Assembly (NCBI GenBank): GCA_024679065.1
Contig: JAGIQG010000029.1
Location: forward strand, 22,506,001-22,570,000
Length of the DNA: 64,000 bases
Reading direction: 5' to 3'
DNA from: Sphyrna mokarran
Lineage: Eukaryota
Of this stretch, positions 25,712 through 37,848 are shown one piece after another (within the stretch, counting starts at the first letter, position 1; every line of letters starts with the position of its first letter). The notes beneath the pieces are model-generated. The model was not told the DNA's origin and ran no database searches. It worked only from the letters and a program-made list of their open reading frames with translations. A program made the translations under genes and the position numbers.

Positions 25712-26697
25712 AGCAACACCTCTACTTTCTCAAAAGACTAATGAAATTTGGCATGTCAGCTACAACTTAGAACATAGAACATAGAACACTACAGCACAAA
25801 CAGGCCCTTCGGCCCACAAGTTGTGCCGAACACATCAAAACCTACCCAGCCATAGACCTATCTATAACCCCCAATCCCATTGGATCCCATATACTCATCC
25901 AGAAGTCTTTTAAAAGACCCCAGCGAGTTCGCCTCGACCACCACCGACGGCAGCCGATTCCATTCACTCACCACCCTCTGAGTGAAAAACTTTCCCCTAG
26001 CATCCCCTCTGTACTTGCTTCCCTGCACCTTAAATCTGTGCCCTCTCCTCGCGACCATTTCAGCCCTGGGAAATAGTCTCTGAGAGTCCACCCTATCTAT
26101 TCCTCTCAACACCTTGTAAAGCTCTATCAGGTCACCTCTCAACCTTCGTCTCTCCAGGGAGAACAGTCCCAGCTCCCTCAACCTGTCTTCACCAACTTTC
26201 ACCAACTTTTGCAGATGCACTATTGAAAGTATTCTTTCTGGTTTTATCAAGCTTGGTATGGCTCCTGTTTTGCCCAAGACTTCAAGAAACCTAATTCATC
26301 ATGCAAACCAGCCTATCATTCATTGATTCTGCCTATACTTCTTGCTATATTGGCAAAACAGCCAGCATAATTAAGCACCCCATGGCCCCCAAACATTGTC
26401 TCTTCAACCCTTTTCCATTGGGAAAAAGATACAAAAGTCTGATGTCACATACCAACAGACTCAAGAATAGCTTTTTCCCTACTGCCATCAGACTTTTGAA
26501 TGAACCCACCTTGCACTAAATTGATCTTTATTTGCGCCTAGCCATGATTGTAACACTACATTCTGCATTCTCTCCTTCCCTTCTCTGAAAACAATATGCT
26601 TTCTCTATACAGCATGCAAGAAACAATACTTTTCACTGTATCCCAATACATGTGACAATAATAAGTCAAATCAAATCAAATCAAAATCAAATCAAAT
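25712..26697 (+). mobile_element. Rex1/Babar-clade LINE 3' fragment interrupted by a CR1
   Basis: LYFLKRLMKFGMS before the insert. TNFCRCTIESILSG..GKRYKSL..TNRLKNSFFPTAIRLLN after it. (TCAAA)n tail. Confidence 0.85.
25768..26192 (-). mobile_element. Young 5'-truncated CR1/HER1 LINE with intact ORF2 C-terminus
   Basis: Uninterrupted EDRLRELGLFSLERRRLRGDLIELYKV..FFTQRVVSEWNRLP..GGYR*, (TTCTATG)n tail, CpGs retained, CAACTT at both junctions. Confidence 0.93.
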
Positions 26698-26867
26698 ATG
26701 TAAGTATAAAATGTGCCGCTGTGCATAGAACAAAAATGCCCCCAATTGGTCAGCTATCCAATGACCTTCTCTTTGAGTGGCAGGTTAAGTAGGCATGGCC
26801 TTTGACAACTGCAGAATGCTCCAAAGTATTCACAGTCAAGAAATAACTTATTCTGCAACCACTGTTG

Positions 26868-27246
26868 TCTTCTTGGCATCAATAAGGGGTGAAACCATGA
26901 TCAAGAAGGGCACAAGGCTAGCCCATTGCACTTGATGTAAACTCATGCCTGCAATCGTGGTTTGTGTAAGCTAGGGAATAGAGTAAAGGATCAGGGTAGC
27001 CAATGAGGTTTAGCTCAGGTCCTACCTGAAACAATGTTTCTAAAGCCATCTCAGCCTTTTGCCTAAGATGAAGTGTTAGATCAAGCCGGGGAGGTGGGGG
27101 AGGGGGGGTGGTGGTGGTAAGGGTGCAATGTCTCATCTTGTCAGCTTGCATCTGGTTTGTCTCTCATGTGGGGACCATGATTGGATTTCATTTGAATTGG
27201 CTTTTTTTTGATTAGAAGTACAAAAAGATACCAATTAAAAGAAAAA
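26868..27246 (+). mobile_element. Candidate snRNA-derived SINE (U1-U4-U2 chimera), copy 1
   Basis: U1-like 26885-26955, U4-like 26996-27019, U2-like 27049-27076, then a body and A-rich tail colinear with copy 2 at 56771. Confidence 0.8.
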
Positions 27247-27389
27247 CTTAGGCAGATAGTCTGTGAGTGAAATAGTGTCCAGTATGTGCGTTAAATTATG
27301 AACCAGCCATGGATGGTAATGGAACAGAAATTCATTGTAACTCATTGTCACCTACTGCCTTCACTGAAGATCAGTTTCGACTTTTATTG

Positions 27390-28078
27390 TTTTCAAAGTC
27401 TTGGCTGAAGGATAAATGTTGACCAGGACACCAGAATTCTCTTTGCTCTTCTTTGAATAGTGTGATGTGATCATGCATTTTCATCTAAAAAGGCAATTAT
27501 CACTTTGATATAATATTTTTTCCAATAGGCAGTAGGGGTATGTGGGGAGTGGGGTGAACAGAATTTTCCTGTCTCACTCACCACAGCTATCATTGACCTC
27601 GGGCAGTATTTTCCAGTTTTGTGGTGCCCAACAGATTATGGAAAGGTTTTTCCAATATCACCAGCTTCTGGAATCGTTTGGTTGCACCAAAAATCAAGTA
27701 ACTTTTGATTGGAGTGCCGCAATGTCTACAGTGGGTCCAACTATGACAGGGCTGGAAAATCCCTGTGTATGCATGGGGTTTGCTTGCAAATCTCCCCCTC
27801 CACCCGCCACAGCCATACCACTCTACAGTGTATTTTCTGGCATTGGAATCAGTTCACTATTGATTGCCGGTGGAATTTTCTGGTTCTGCTGGAGTCTACG
27901 GCATTTTCTGTGGCTTGTCCATCCTGCCATGGGATGGGGTGAGAATGAAGGCTGATCTTCGGCAGGGCTGGAAAATCTCACCAGCAGAATATCCCGGCAT
28001 ATCGTTAAATCCTGGACTGGGACTCATGACCTTTAGACTATGAGGTAAAAGTGTTACCTTTGGGCTAAACAGACACCA
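27390..28078 (-). mobile_element. Old Deu-domain SINE remnant interrupted by a MITE cluster (~27550-27995)
   Basis: TTGGCTGAAGGATAAATGTTGACCAGGACACCAG..CTCTTCTTTGAATAGTG, and a head-like remnant at 28010-28078. Several GGAAAATC/GAATTTTC inverted motifs lie between. Confidence 0.5.
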
Positions 28079-28792
28079 TATCAGGCTCAGACTGAAATGA
28101 GGCTGACTCTAGTTTTGAACTATTCGGGCTTGGGCAGGACAGATTCTTCATGGCTGATTGGAGTCACCAACCTCTTTGGAATCAATAGAAATAAACTCAG
28201 GTAAAGTTCGACAATGCATGGACAATCCACCGCACCAAGTTACTGTTCATGCAGAGATGTTGTCCCCGAAGACCTTTGGCTGAACGTGTCCCCATCATTT
28301 TGTAAAGAAACTGCTGACTTTGTAACCGAGCAAATGTCAAAGACGGCCAATCTGGGAAATCTCAATTCCTCTCTCTTGCAAGCCAAATCAAATATTGACA
28401 CAAGCTTTGCAATTAGAACAGGAAATCATGTGTGGATTATATAGCAACTAAACAATGGTTCCAACTTAAATTCTGTTGCACAAATATTCACATCACTCTA
28501 CAAACACAAGAAAAATATATTCCTGGCTGCATAAAATGTACACAATTAATACATTCCGGAACACACAACGCACAATTTAGACAATATACAACTAATAATT
28601 AGGGCCGGATTTTATTTGGTCAAATAGAGGCAGACTCAAAGGTGGAATGGGTGAAAGAACGGGGGCATGATTTTACCAGCTCGCCATGCTGGTCGATCGG
28701 TATGGCAAGCTGGAAAGAAAGGGCAAGAGGCAGTGGAAAATTGAGTTCGTGCCTGATTTCTCACTGTTTGCGATCTTGCTGGCCCTGTTTTA

Positions 28793-29990
28793 TTGATTTA
28801 ATTTGATTTGATTTGATTTACTATTGTATTATATATTAGCATGCAGTGAAAAATATTGTTTCTTGTGCCCCATACAAAGGGAAGGAGAGATTGCAGGATG
28901 TAGTGTTACAGTAATGGCTAGGGTGTGGAGAAAGAATGATTTAATATATGGTAGGTCCATTTAAAACTCTGATGGCAGCAAGGAAGAAGCTGTTCTTAAG
29001 TCAGTTGGTACGTGTTCTTGGACTTTTGTATTTTTTTGCCAATGGAAGAATGTGGAAGAAACGTGTCCAGGATACAGAGTGCTTAATCATGCTGGCTGCT
29101 TTTCTGAAGCAGCGGGAAATGTAGACAGTGCCAATGGATGGGAGGCTGGTTGGGGCTTTTGTGGTTTCTTGCATTCTTGTGCAGAGCAGATACCATACCA
29201 AGCTGTAATACAACCAGAAAGGATGCTTCACATGATGCATCTGTAAAAATTGATGAGAGTCATATTGGACTTGCGAAATTTCCTTAGTCTTCTGAGAAAG
29301 TCAGAGCATTGGTGGGCTTTCTTAATTATAGTTCAGTATTGGCGGGGAGGACCAGGAAGGTTGTTGGCGATCTGAACATCAAAAACCTGAAGCTCTCAAC
29401 CATTTCTACTTCATCCCCATTGACGTAGGCAAGTATATGTTCTCCATTACTCTTCCTGAAGTCGTTGACAATCTCCTTCATTTTGTTGACATTGAGAGAG
29501 AGATTATTATCATCACACCACTTCACCAAATTCTCCATCTCTTTCCTGTACTTCATCCCATCATTGTTGGAGATCTGACCCACTGCGGTTGTGTCAACAA
29601 ACTTGAAAATTGAGTTGGAGAGGAATTTTGCCACACAGTCAAACATGGATAAGGAGTATAATAAGGGACGAGGGCACCAGTCTTGAGGACGATCATAGAG
29701 GAGGTGTTGTTGCCTATTCTTACTGACTGCAGTTTGTGGGCTGGAGAGTTCAGGATCCAGTCACACAGGAAGGAGCTGAGCCCCAGGCCGTGGAGTTTGG
29801 AGATCAGTGTTGAAGGCTGAACTGTGGTCGATAAATAGGACACTGACATAAGTATCTTAGTTATTTAGGTGTTCCAGGGTTGAGTGCAGGGCCAAGGAGA
29901 TGTATGTCTGCTGTGGACCTGTTGTAGTGGTAGGCAAACTGTAGTGGATCTACACAATCTGGGAGACCAGAATTGATTCCTGCAATAACT
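28793..29990 (-). mobile_element. Rex1/Babar-clade LINE, 1.2-kb 3' fragment
   Basis: RT remnants (LGLSSFLCDWILN; IFKFVDTTAVGQISNND..WCDDNNLSLNVNKMKEIVNDFRK) with frameshifts. (TTTGA)n tail. Confidence 0.9.
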
Positions 29991-30978
29991 AGTAGAACAG
30001 GACTAGTTTATGTTGGTGAAATCAGACCCACATGCAGAAAATGTGTGAAGCTGAATTAGATATCAAGGACATATTTTACATGTCATTACCAAGCCCTTGA
30101 TGTAATTGTCTGTGCTCTCTTACTTTATTCTCACCGATGAGATTCATAGATGTTCCTCACCAATGGGGACTAGACTTGATAGACACGCTGGTGGGATTGG
30201 AGACCATTGAAGCCACCCCAGGTGGTTAGGACGAGAGCTGGAAAATGCACTTAGGGCACAGCCTGTCTGATACGCCATTGCCAGCCTGGCACCCTGACGG
30301 TGCTTACCAGACACCCTTCAATGCTTATTTAAATATGCAAAGTCTATTCAAGCCTGAATCTTCTCTGTTCCTGGGATTTTCTGACACTTAGACAAGTAGA
30401 GATTCTCGTGGACTCTCACTACACCTGAGTGTCGGAAATCCCAAGATCCGGGCAGATTCGGCAGAGGGCTTGGAGGTCACTGAAGTCCCTCGTGCTCAAG
30501 AACATAACTGGGCATTGTCTATGTGGTAGTAAAGGGGAGCACTGGGGTGGGGGGTTGGTGGTGTAATGAATGGGAAGGTTAGAACAGGTGGGTGACATGA
30601 AAAGGGGACATGGGAAGTATTGAAGGGAGGCATGAAGGGAGGTTTATAAATTGGGAGGGTCATGCAGACGATTAAGAAGTGGACCCATTGGAAGGACCCA
30701 ATCCCCATACACGTGAACTTTGTTGGAGAGGGGGGTAGGTTATGTGAGAAGAGGGAAGGATTGCCTATATGCATGGGAGGAGGGCGGGGGAGGTTCTCAA
30801 TTTGGCTTCAAGATTGGGCTACCCTTTTAAAATGGTGCATGCTGTCTGTGAAGCCAGGCTTAGCGGTATGTTTAGGTCCCACCCCTCTCAGACCTGATGC
30901 AAAGCTCCCCTCCTTCCACCCAATAAATGACTAGGTGGGAAAATCATACACTGGTTTTCTCATCCTAAATGATGCTTA

Positions 30979-31114
30979 GGCCAGAATTTTATGTCCATTC
31001 TCACCCCATCACCGCTATCAGCGAGGATGGAGAATTTGGCACTCAGCCAAAACTTTGTTCACTGCAGCGGGAGCAGAAAATCCTGCTGGTGTAGATGGCC
31101 AGAAACTTCTAACC
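30979..31114. mobile_element. Short MITE
   Basis: GGCCAGAATTTT..AGAAACTTCTAACC ends. Core shared with 34644-34775. Confidence 0.6.
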
Positions 31115-31914
31115 ACCGCGTGTGCAATACTTGCCAGACGGAGGAATGTTTTTAAAGTGGGTAAAATTCAATAGATAACAGAAAAGATTGGTTCAGCTGC
31201 CTTGGAATAATGCAACTGAGGGACAGAAATCGATGGACTATTGACAACACAAACAGCATGTTCCTGCTGAACAGCAATTATTTTCTGTTCTCCTGACATT
31301 CAGAAGTTTTATGTCTCAAAACAAACAAAAAGGCTTCCATTTTTAAATTAATGAGGTTGAAAATCCTCATCCCTTCCAGAATGTTCTCCTGACAGAGTTT
31401 TGGCAGCGGTGAGCTGGAGGGTTTGTTTGTTAGCACAGGGAGCAAATAAGTTGAGTTTTAACTGAATAACATTGTTCTCAGCAGCCTTGTTCAGGGAGGG
31501 TGGGGTCAGGTGGGAGGGGGATGCCTTTACCTATTTAACACAGAGGACAAGGTCTTGCTTCTAAGTAGCACCTTCAAAGACCAGTGGATGTCTTGAAGTG
31601 CTTTGCAGATTGTGGCAGACAGCTGAGGATGTGTTGAATGGCTCCCCTGTTTTCCCACATCTCATTTCATGGTAACAGGATTTTTAATTGAAAAGGAGTT
31701 ATATGGCAGGGTGAGGGTGGGGGGGGAGGACACGGTGGTGGGGGTTGCCTATATCATGGCAGGAGGGTGGGGGCGTCCTCCATTCTGTAAGTGTTTACAC
31801 ATTATGCTCAGAAACAAACAAGCTTTCTTGAATTAAACAAAGAAAGAGGTTTGGTTTTTCTTCTTGTTCTGATCTGGATAAAATAATAAAATATACACGA
31901 ACTTTGATGTGAGC

Positions 31915-32020
31915 ACACACACACATAGACACAGGCATGTACACACATACACACACATGCAAATACACATACACACACACACACATACAGACACAAACAT
32001 ACATCACAGTCACATATCAC
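31915..32020. repeat. Imperfect (CA)n microsatellite
   Basis: CACACAC/CATA/CAGA variants over ~105 bp. Confidence 0.9.
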
Positions 32021-32908
32021 AGAGTGAGGTTGGCCAAATTAGTATCTATAAGTAAGATGTCAGTGGTTCAAAGTGGTTCAGTGACTCTGCTAGTTCGGCG
32101 CACCTTTGGTGGTCCTGATGTTTCAATTTAAAGTTGTGGCTGGATCATTTTGGTTTTTCCCCTGGAGACAGCGATGCTGAGCAGAATTTCTGTTTCTAAA
32201 GCTTTCTGTCCGCAGGTGGTCTGTCTCCATCGGTTCAGAGCTCACTGTGAAGACTCAGCGGCTTCAGCTGGCTCTCCTCTGCTCATCAGCATCAAACACC
32301 CCACCCTCCCTCAAAAATAAACCTTTTTTAACATACAAAAGTGGCTTATTGATCATGTGACTTGTTCCACTGTCTGAAGAGGCAGAGGAGGTGAGCAGAA
32401 CCCAAGTGAAAGAACTGTTTGTACACTCAAAGAGGTGGCTTGTTTAGCTCACATTATCAAAGTTTCCTAAAACATTGCCTCATGGCTCCACCTCCAATAG
32501 TTGAATCACAGGTGCTTGTCTTAATGCCTTGCTAATGACACACGAAATAGAGTCTTTCACATTCCTCCGGCAATTAGTGTCCTTGGTTGGAAACTTGAAG
32601 ATCCAGCATCTCCATTCCAATAAAGTGGACTTTAGTGGACTTAAGTGGATTGTGTATTGCATAATAACACAAATTGGGGTAGCCATGTTGGCTGTGATTT
32701 CCTGTCATCTTTTAGCGTCTATTGTTTTTTGAAGGTCAGTTCCTAAAAATCCAAGTCCAAATTTCAAGCCAGTAGATTAAAAAAAATCACTATTTGAAAT
32801 AAGCATATCTTTGTGACAGAACAATGAAGTTCTGTTGTAGTGTAGTCACTGTCTGTAATGTGGAAAACGTGGAGCTAACTCCCACAAACAGCAATGTGAT
32901 AAAGATCA

Positions 32909-33555
32909 GAATACAGGGATAAGGATGTTTTGCTGCAATTCTATAGGGTGTTGGTGAGGCCATACCTGGAGAATTATGTGGATTAGGGTTAGGATTTGAG
33001 TTAGGGTTATATGCCCTTATCTGAAGAAGGATGTCCTTGCTATCGAGGGAGTACAGCAAAGGTTTACCAGCTGATTCCTGGGATGGAAGATCTGTCATAT
33101 GAGGAGAGACTAAGTCAGCTAGGATTATGTTCACTGGAGTTTAGAAGCGTGAGGGGGATCTCATGGAAATTTACAAAATTCCAACAAGGTTTGACAGGGT
33201 AGGTTCAGAAAGAATGTTCCTAATAGTGGGAACTAAGGGTCATAGCTTGAGGGTAAGAGGTAATCCTTTTAGAACTGAGGTGAAAAGAAATTTCTTCACC
33301 CAATGAGTGGTGAATCTATGAAATTCACTGCCGCAGAAAGCAGTTGAGACCAAAATATTACGTGATTGCAAGAAGAAATTAGATGTAGCTCTTTGGGCTA
33401 AAGAGATTAAGGGATATGTGGGGAAGGGGGAATCAGGATGTAGAATTTGATGATTAGCCATAATCATGATGATTAGCCATAATCATAATGAATAGCAGAG
33501 AAGACTTGAAGGGCCAAATGGCTTCCTTCTGCTTTTAGTTGTTTTGCTTCTATGA
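32909..33555 (+). mobile_element. CR1 LINE 3' end
   Basis: EYRDKDVLLQFYRVLVRPYLE..LIPGMEDLSYEERLSQLGL. Tail GAAGGGCCAAATGGCTTCC..TTCTATG. Confidence 0.88.
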
Positions 33556-34643
33556 TCAGATAAATACACACATGATTTTAAAAACTATTAGATAGGGTTT
33601 GCCTTCTGTAAGGAAAAAAAATCAAATCTTCACTTTGCTGCTACTTCCACAGGCAGGCAAATCAAGGGGACTTCATGTGACCCCCTACAACCTTTGGTAG
33701 AATCAGTGATACAGATTGGGTTGGGCACACCCCTGCAGCTGTCACTGAGATGTACCCTTCTGTGCATTTCTGACACTAATGCCTAACATGGATCCTTCAA
33801 CAAAGAGGAGAGTCTGAAGGAATACATTTCAAGAGTTGTAAAGAATGTTTATGTTGCCTTTGTCTTGAATATACATCATTCTGAACGATGGGAGATATTC
33901 CTTTCCAATGTGGATTTGATTGCTTTGTTGGTATCAAGGCCAATATAAACAAAATTACCACGACAGCAGAAATTGGAGGCTTTTAGTTCACATTTATGTC
34001 CAATAAAAATGAATGTGTGCAGCTGTTCAGCCCCACTCTACATTGAAAAAGTCCCAAAAATCTTTGCTCAATGATATTTGATACATTTTATTCACAAGCA
34101 TAGTTTGCGTGTTTTATTGATTGTTGCAATTCAGTATATAAAATATTATAGCAGATAGATTGTGTCCATATTTTACCATTATATAAGAATTATGTTTACT
34201 CCCACTAGCAGTGGTCTAAATAGTAGCTTAAACATTTAATTGAGAGAACCATTTTTGATTTGCTGTTTATCCATTTAGATTAAATTCTCCAAGTCCTTTT
34301 GAATTAGCTTTCTTTTATTCATGAAGGATACATAGAAATGTATCAAATTTGCAACATCGAAGCAAGCTTTTTGATAAAAACCGTCCTTTTGTACATCACT
34401 GCAGATTCGATGGGCCAAAGGGCCTCTTTGGCACTGTAGCAATCTGTGATTCTGTTCTTGGTTATCCCTCACACAAACAAGTAGTTATAATATACTTATC
34501 TCCAGGATTAGTGAAAACCATTCTGCAGTCAACAATTTGTTCACCTAGTCAGTCCGAGATTTGCTCGGTGGTGTGAAATATTCCTTTCTCAAACTGGTGT
34601 CTTTGAAAAAAAAAATTCTTTTCCGGAACACAGGAAAACATAA

Positions 34644-34775
34644 GGGTTGGGATTTTTCGGCTGTTCACGTTATTGCTGGAAGCGAGGATGGAGGATTTGG
34701 TGCTCAGCCAAATCTCTATTCACAGCAGCGGGATTGGAGAATCCTACTGGTGTGAATAGCCAGAAGATTCCACTC
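34644..34775. mobile_element. Short MITE
   Basis: TAA|GGGTTGGGATTTTTC..AGAAGATTCCACTC ends. Confidence 0.6.
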
Positions 34776-35495
34776 AAGGAGTGTTTACTTGTGGTTAAAT
34801 GTCTCCAGTTAGCGTTAAAAAATGCTAATATTTCATACAAATGCACTGAAGAGTCTAAGGAGACAGTATACACTTGGATGGCATTGATTGCAGAAAAATT
34901 AAGAAAGTTGCCCGCGATTAATTGTCTCTGTATTCTGTCTTCAATACTCAAGTAACATAAAATACATGTGGGAATTGCAATCCAAGTGGATGTTGTATGA
35001 ATGTCACTCCAAGCTCAGGAATAGCATGCAATCACGTCCATCTTCTCAGAGGCCCATTCTGCATGATTATCCATAGAAATGCATCCCAGGCCAATAAGAG
35101 AGGGGTCAGCCAGCGCAACTATACAATCGTATGGAAAGGAACTGAATTTCTGACTTTGCTGAGAGTGCCTTTTGGGTGTGACTGTAATGAGAAACACTTA
35201 TGTTTCTTGGCTCAGTGACCGACAGCCTGTTAAAAAAAAAACAAACCCGATCCAAAATGTCAATGATATGTTCAGGAAAATGCTCAAAGTAGCTCAGATG
35301 GTCACGGTATGGTATATTTTTGATAACACATGTCAAATGCAAGAGTTCAAGAAGATTAAGTCAATGTGATCATGTTCACCAGAAACCCAAACCCTGGGCC
35401 TCAATCTTATCCATTTCTTGGATGTCCAATCAAGGCACTGTTAGAGATGTACAACTTATGGTGACGTGAACTTCAAATTTCACATTCAGAGAGCT

Positions 35496-35868
35496 ATAGA
35501 ATCATAGAATCTATGGCATGGAGTCAGGTCCTTTGGCGTAAATCAGTCCATGCTGACCAAAAAGCCCATTTAAGCTAATCCCATTTGGCCCATATCCTTC
35601 TAAACCTTTCCTAACTATGTATGCATCCAAATGCCTTTTAAATGTTGTCAATGTCCCTGCCTCAACCACTTCCTCTGACAGTTCATTCCACGTTCCTAAC
35701 ACCCCCTGTGTAAAGAAGTTGCTCCTCAGGTTCCCATTAATTCTTTCCCCACTTAACTTAAACCTGTGTCCTCTAGTTCTCGATTCCCCAACCCTGGGAA
35801 AAAGGCTGAGTGCATTCACCCTATCCATGCCTCTCATGACCTTATACATCTCTATAAGATCATCCCTC
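35496..35868 (-). mobile_element. CR1/HER1 LINE 3' end
   Basis: MRDDLIEMYKVMRGMDRVN..RTRGHRFK..FFTQGV..WNEL and (ATTCTATG)n tail. Confidence 0.9.
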
Positions 35869-36107
35869 ATGAAGACAATTTGCTGCAACCTTTGAAATAT
35901 TTTCTGCTGTTTCTCCTCTGCTGAAATTATAATTCATGCTCCTCTTCTTTCTGAACTTAATTTCTACAAAGTTTTCTTAAATAGCCTTTTGCCTCATACC
36001 TTATGTTTAACTCATCTAGAATGTGTCCTATCTGCACAGTTGCCTTTCTATCTGGGGAAATTGCAAGTTTGGGTTGGGTAAGCGTGCTTTGTTTCAACTT
36101 TCTTGAT

Positions 36108-36437
36108 AATAGAATCATAGAATCCTACAGTACAGAAGGAGGCCATTCGGCTCATCAAGTTGACATCAACCACAATCCCACCCAGGCGGTATCCCCATAA
36201 CCTAGTGCATTTAACTTCGCTAATCCCCCCAATACTAAGGGGAAATTTAGCATGGCCAATCCAGCTAACCCACATATCTTTGAACTGTGGAAGGAAACCA
36301 GTGCACCTGGAGGAAATCCATGCAGACATAGGGAGAATGTTCAAACTCCATACAAACAGTGATCTAAGCCGGGAATCAAACCTGGGCCCTAGCACTGTAA
36401 GACAGCAATGCCAGCCACTGTGCAATTGTGCCATCCC
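36108..36437 (-). mobile_element. HE1-like V-SINE, tail class A
   Basis: Full copy. Confidence 0.9.
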
Positions 36438-36589
36438 ACTTTTGTAACTGCATGCATCTAGGCAAATTGTGAATTTTTCATCACACTCTTAATTGTATGT
36501 TAATCATATTATTAAGACACACAGTGAAGGAAATTGTTTAATTATGTACTTAAAATAATCCTTTAAAGGGCTGACAGTCAGTGCACAGA

Positions 36590-37848
36590 ATGAATGCTGT
36601 AATAGGAAGCAGATTATCTCATATTTAACTTCTGACAAGATAAAAATTTAGATTAAACTGATCTGATAAATTTGAATCCGTGTGTTTCCCAACTGGAAAC
36701 CATGGATGAAAAAGGACATCCAATGCTTACTGAAGTCCAGATCTGAGGCATTCAAGTTGGGTGACCCCGACCTTACAAGAAAGTCACATGCAATCTACAG
36801 AGAAATATCAAAGATGCCAAGAGACAACACTGGACCAAGCTAGAGTCCCAAGCTAACCACATCAGCACTCACTGATTATAGCAACATCTATGAGATACTA
36901 CAGGCTGCAAGATGAAATGTGTGCAGAATGACTGGCAGCAATGTACCCCTCCCTGATGAGCTCAATACATTCTATGCCCGTTTTGAGCAAGAAGTCAATG
37001 AGAGATCGCCATCCACCCTGACAGCCTCAATCACACCAGTGAGATCCCAGACGTCAGATTGGTCTTCTGGGAAGTTAGTGTACGCAAAGTGACTGGCTCA
37101 GATGGGGTACCCGGACAATCACTCAGACCCTGCATGGACCAGCTGGTGGGGAATTCACAGACATCTTTAACCTCTCTTTACTATGATCTGAAATCCCTAC
37201 CTGCTTCATCCTAGTACTAAAGAAAAGCTAGGTAGCACGCCTTAATGACTACCATTTTGTGGCTCTGGCATCCATCATTATGAAGTGCTTCAATAGGTTA
37301 GTCATGACTCTCACTAGTTTTTATAACTGCACCTGAGAAGGCACCCTTTCCGATTGTATCACAAATTGGTCTGGCTCCTGCTCTCTCCAAGACTGCAAAA
37401 ACTACAAATGATTGTGAGCGTGGCACAGTCCATCATGAAAACCAACTTCCCATCCATTGGCTTTGTCTACACTTCCTGCTGCCTCAGCAAAGTAACCAGC
37501 ATAATCAAGGACTGTCTGAAGCTTGGACATACTCTCTTCATTTGCTCTTCCACTTTCTTCTATTGAGAAAAAAGATACAAAAATTTGAGATCATGTACCA
37601 CCTGACTCAAGAACAGCTTCTTTCCCGCTGCCATCAGACTTTTGAATGGGCCTTCCATATATTACGTTGACCTTTCTCTGCACTCTATCTGTAACTGCAA
37701 CATTATATTCTGCACTCCCTCCTTTTCTTCTCTCCTATGTATTCTTTGAGTGGTTTATTTTTATCTGTACAGCGCGCAAGAAGAAATGTTCTTCACTGTA
37801 TCCCAATACACGTGACAATAAGAAATCAAGTCAAATCAAATTAAATCG
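36590..37848 (+). mobile_element. Rex1/Babar-clade LINE fragment with internal deletion (~37310)
   Basis: FPNWKPWM..LLKSRSEAFK..LPDELNTFYARFE..LNDY..VALASIIMKCF, then a jump to the 3' end and (TCAAA)n tail. Confidence 0.85.

Noticed and set aside
33449-33490. 19-bp tandem duplication (also a short one at 6702-6745)
   Set aside because: Ordinary slippage events.
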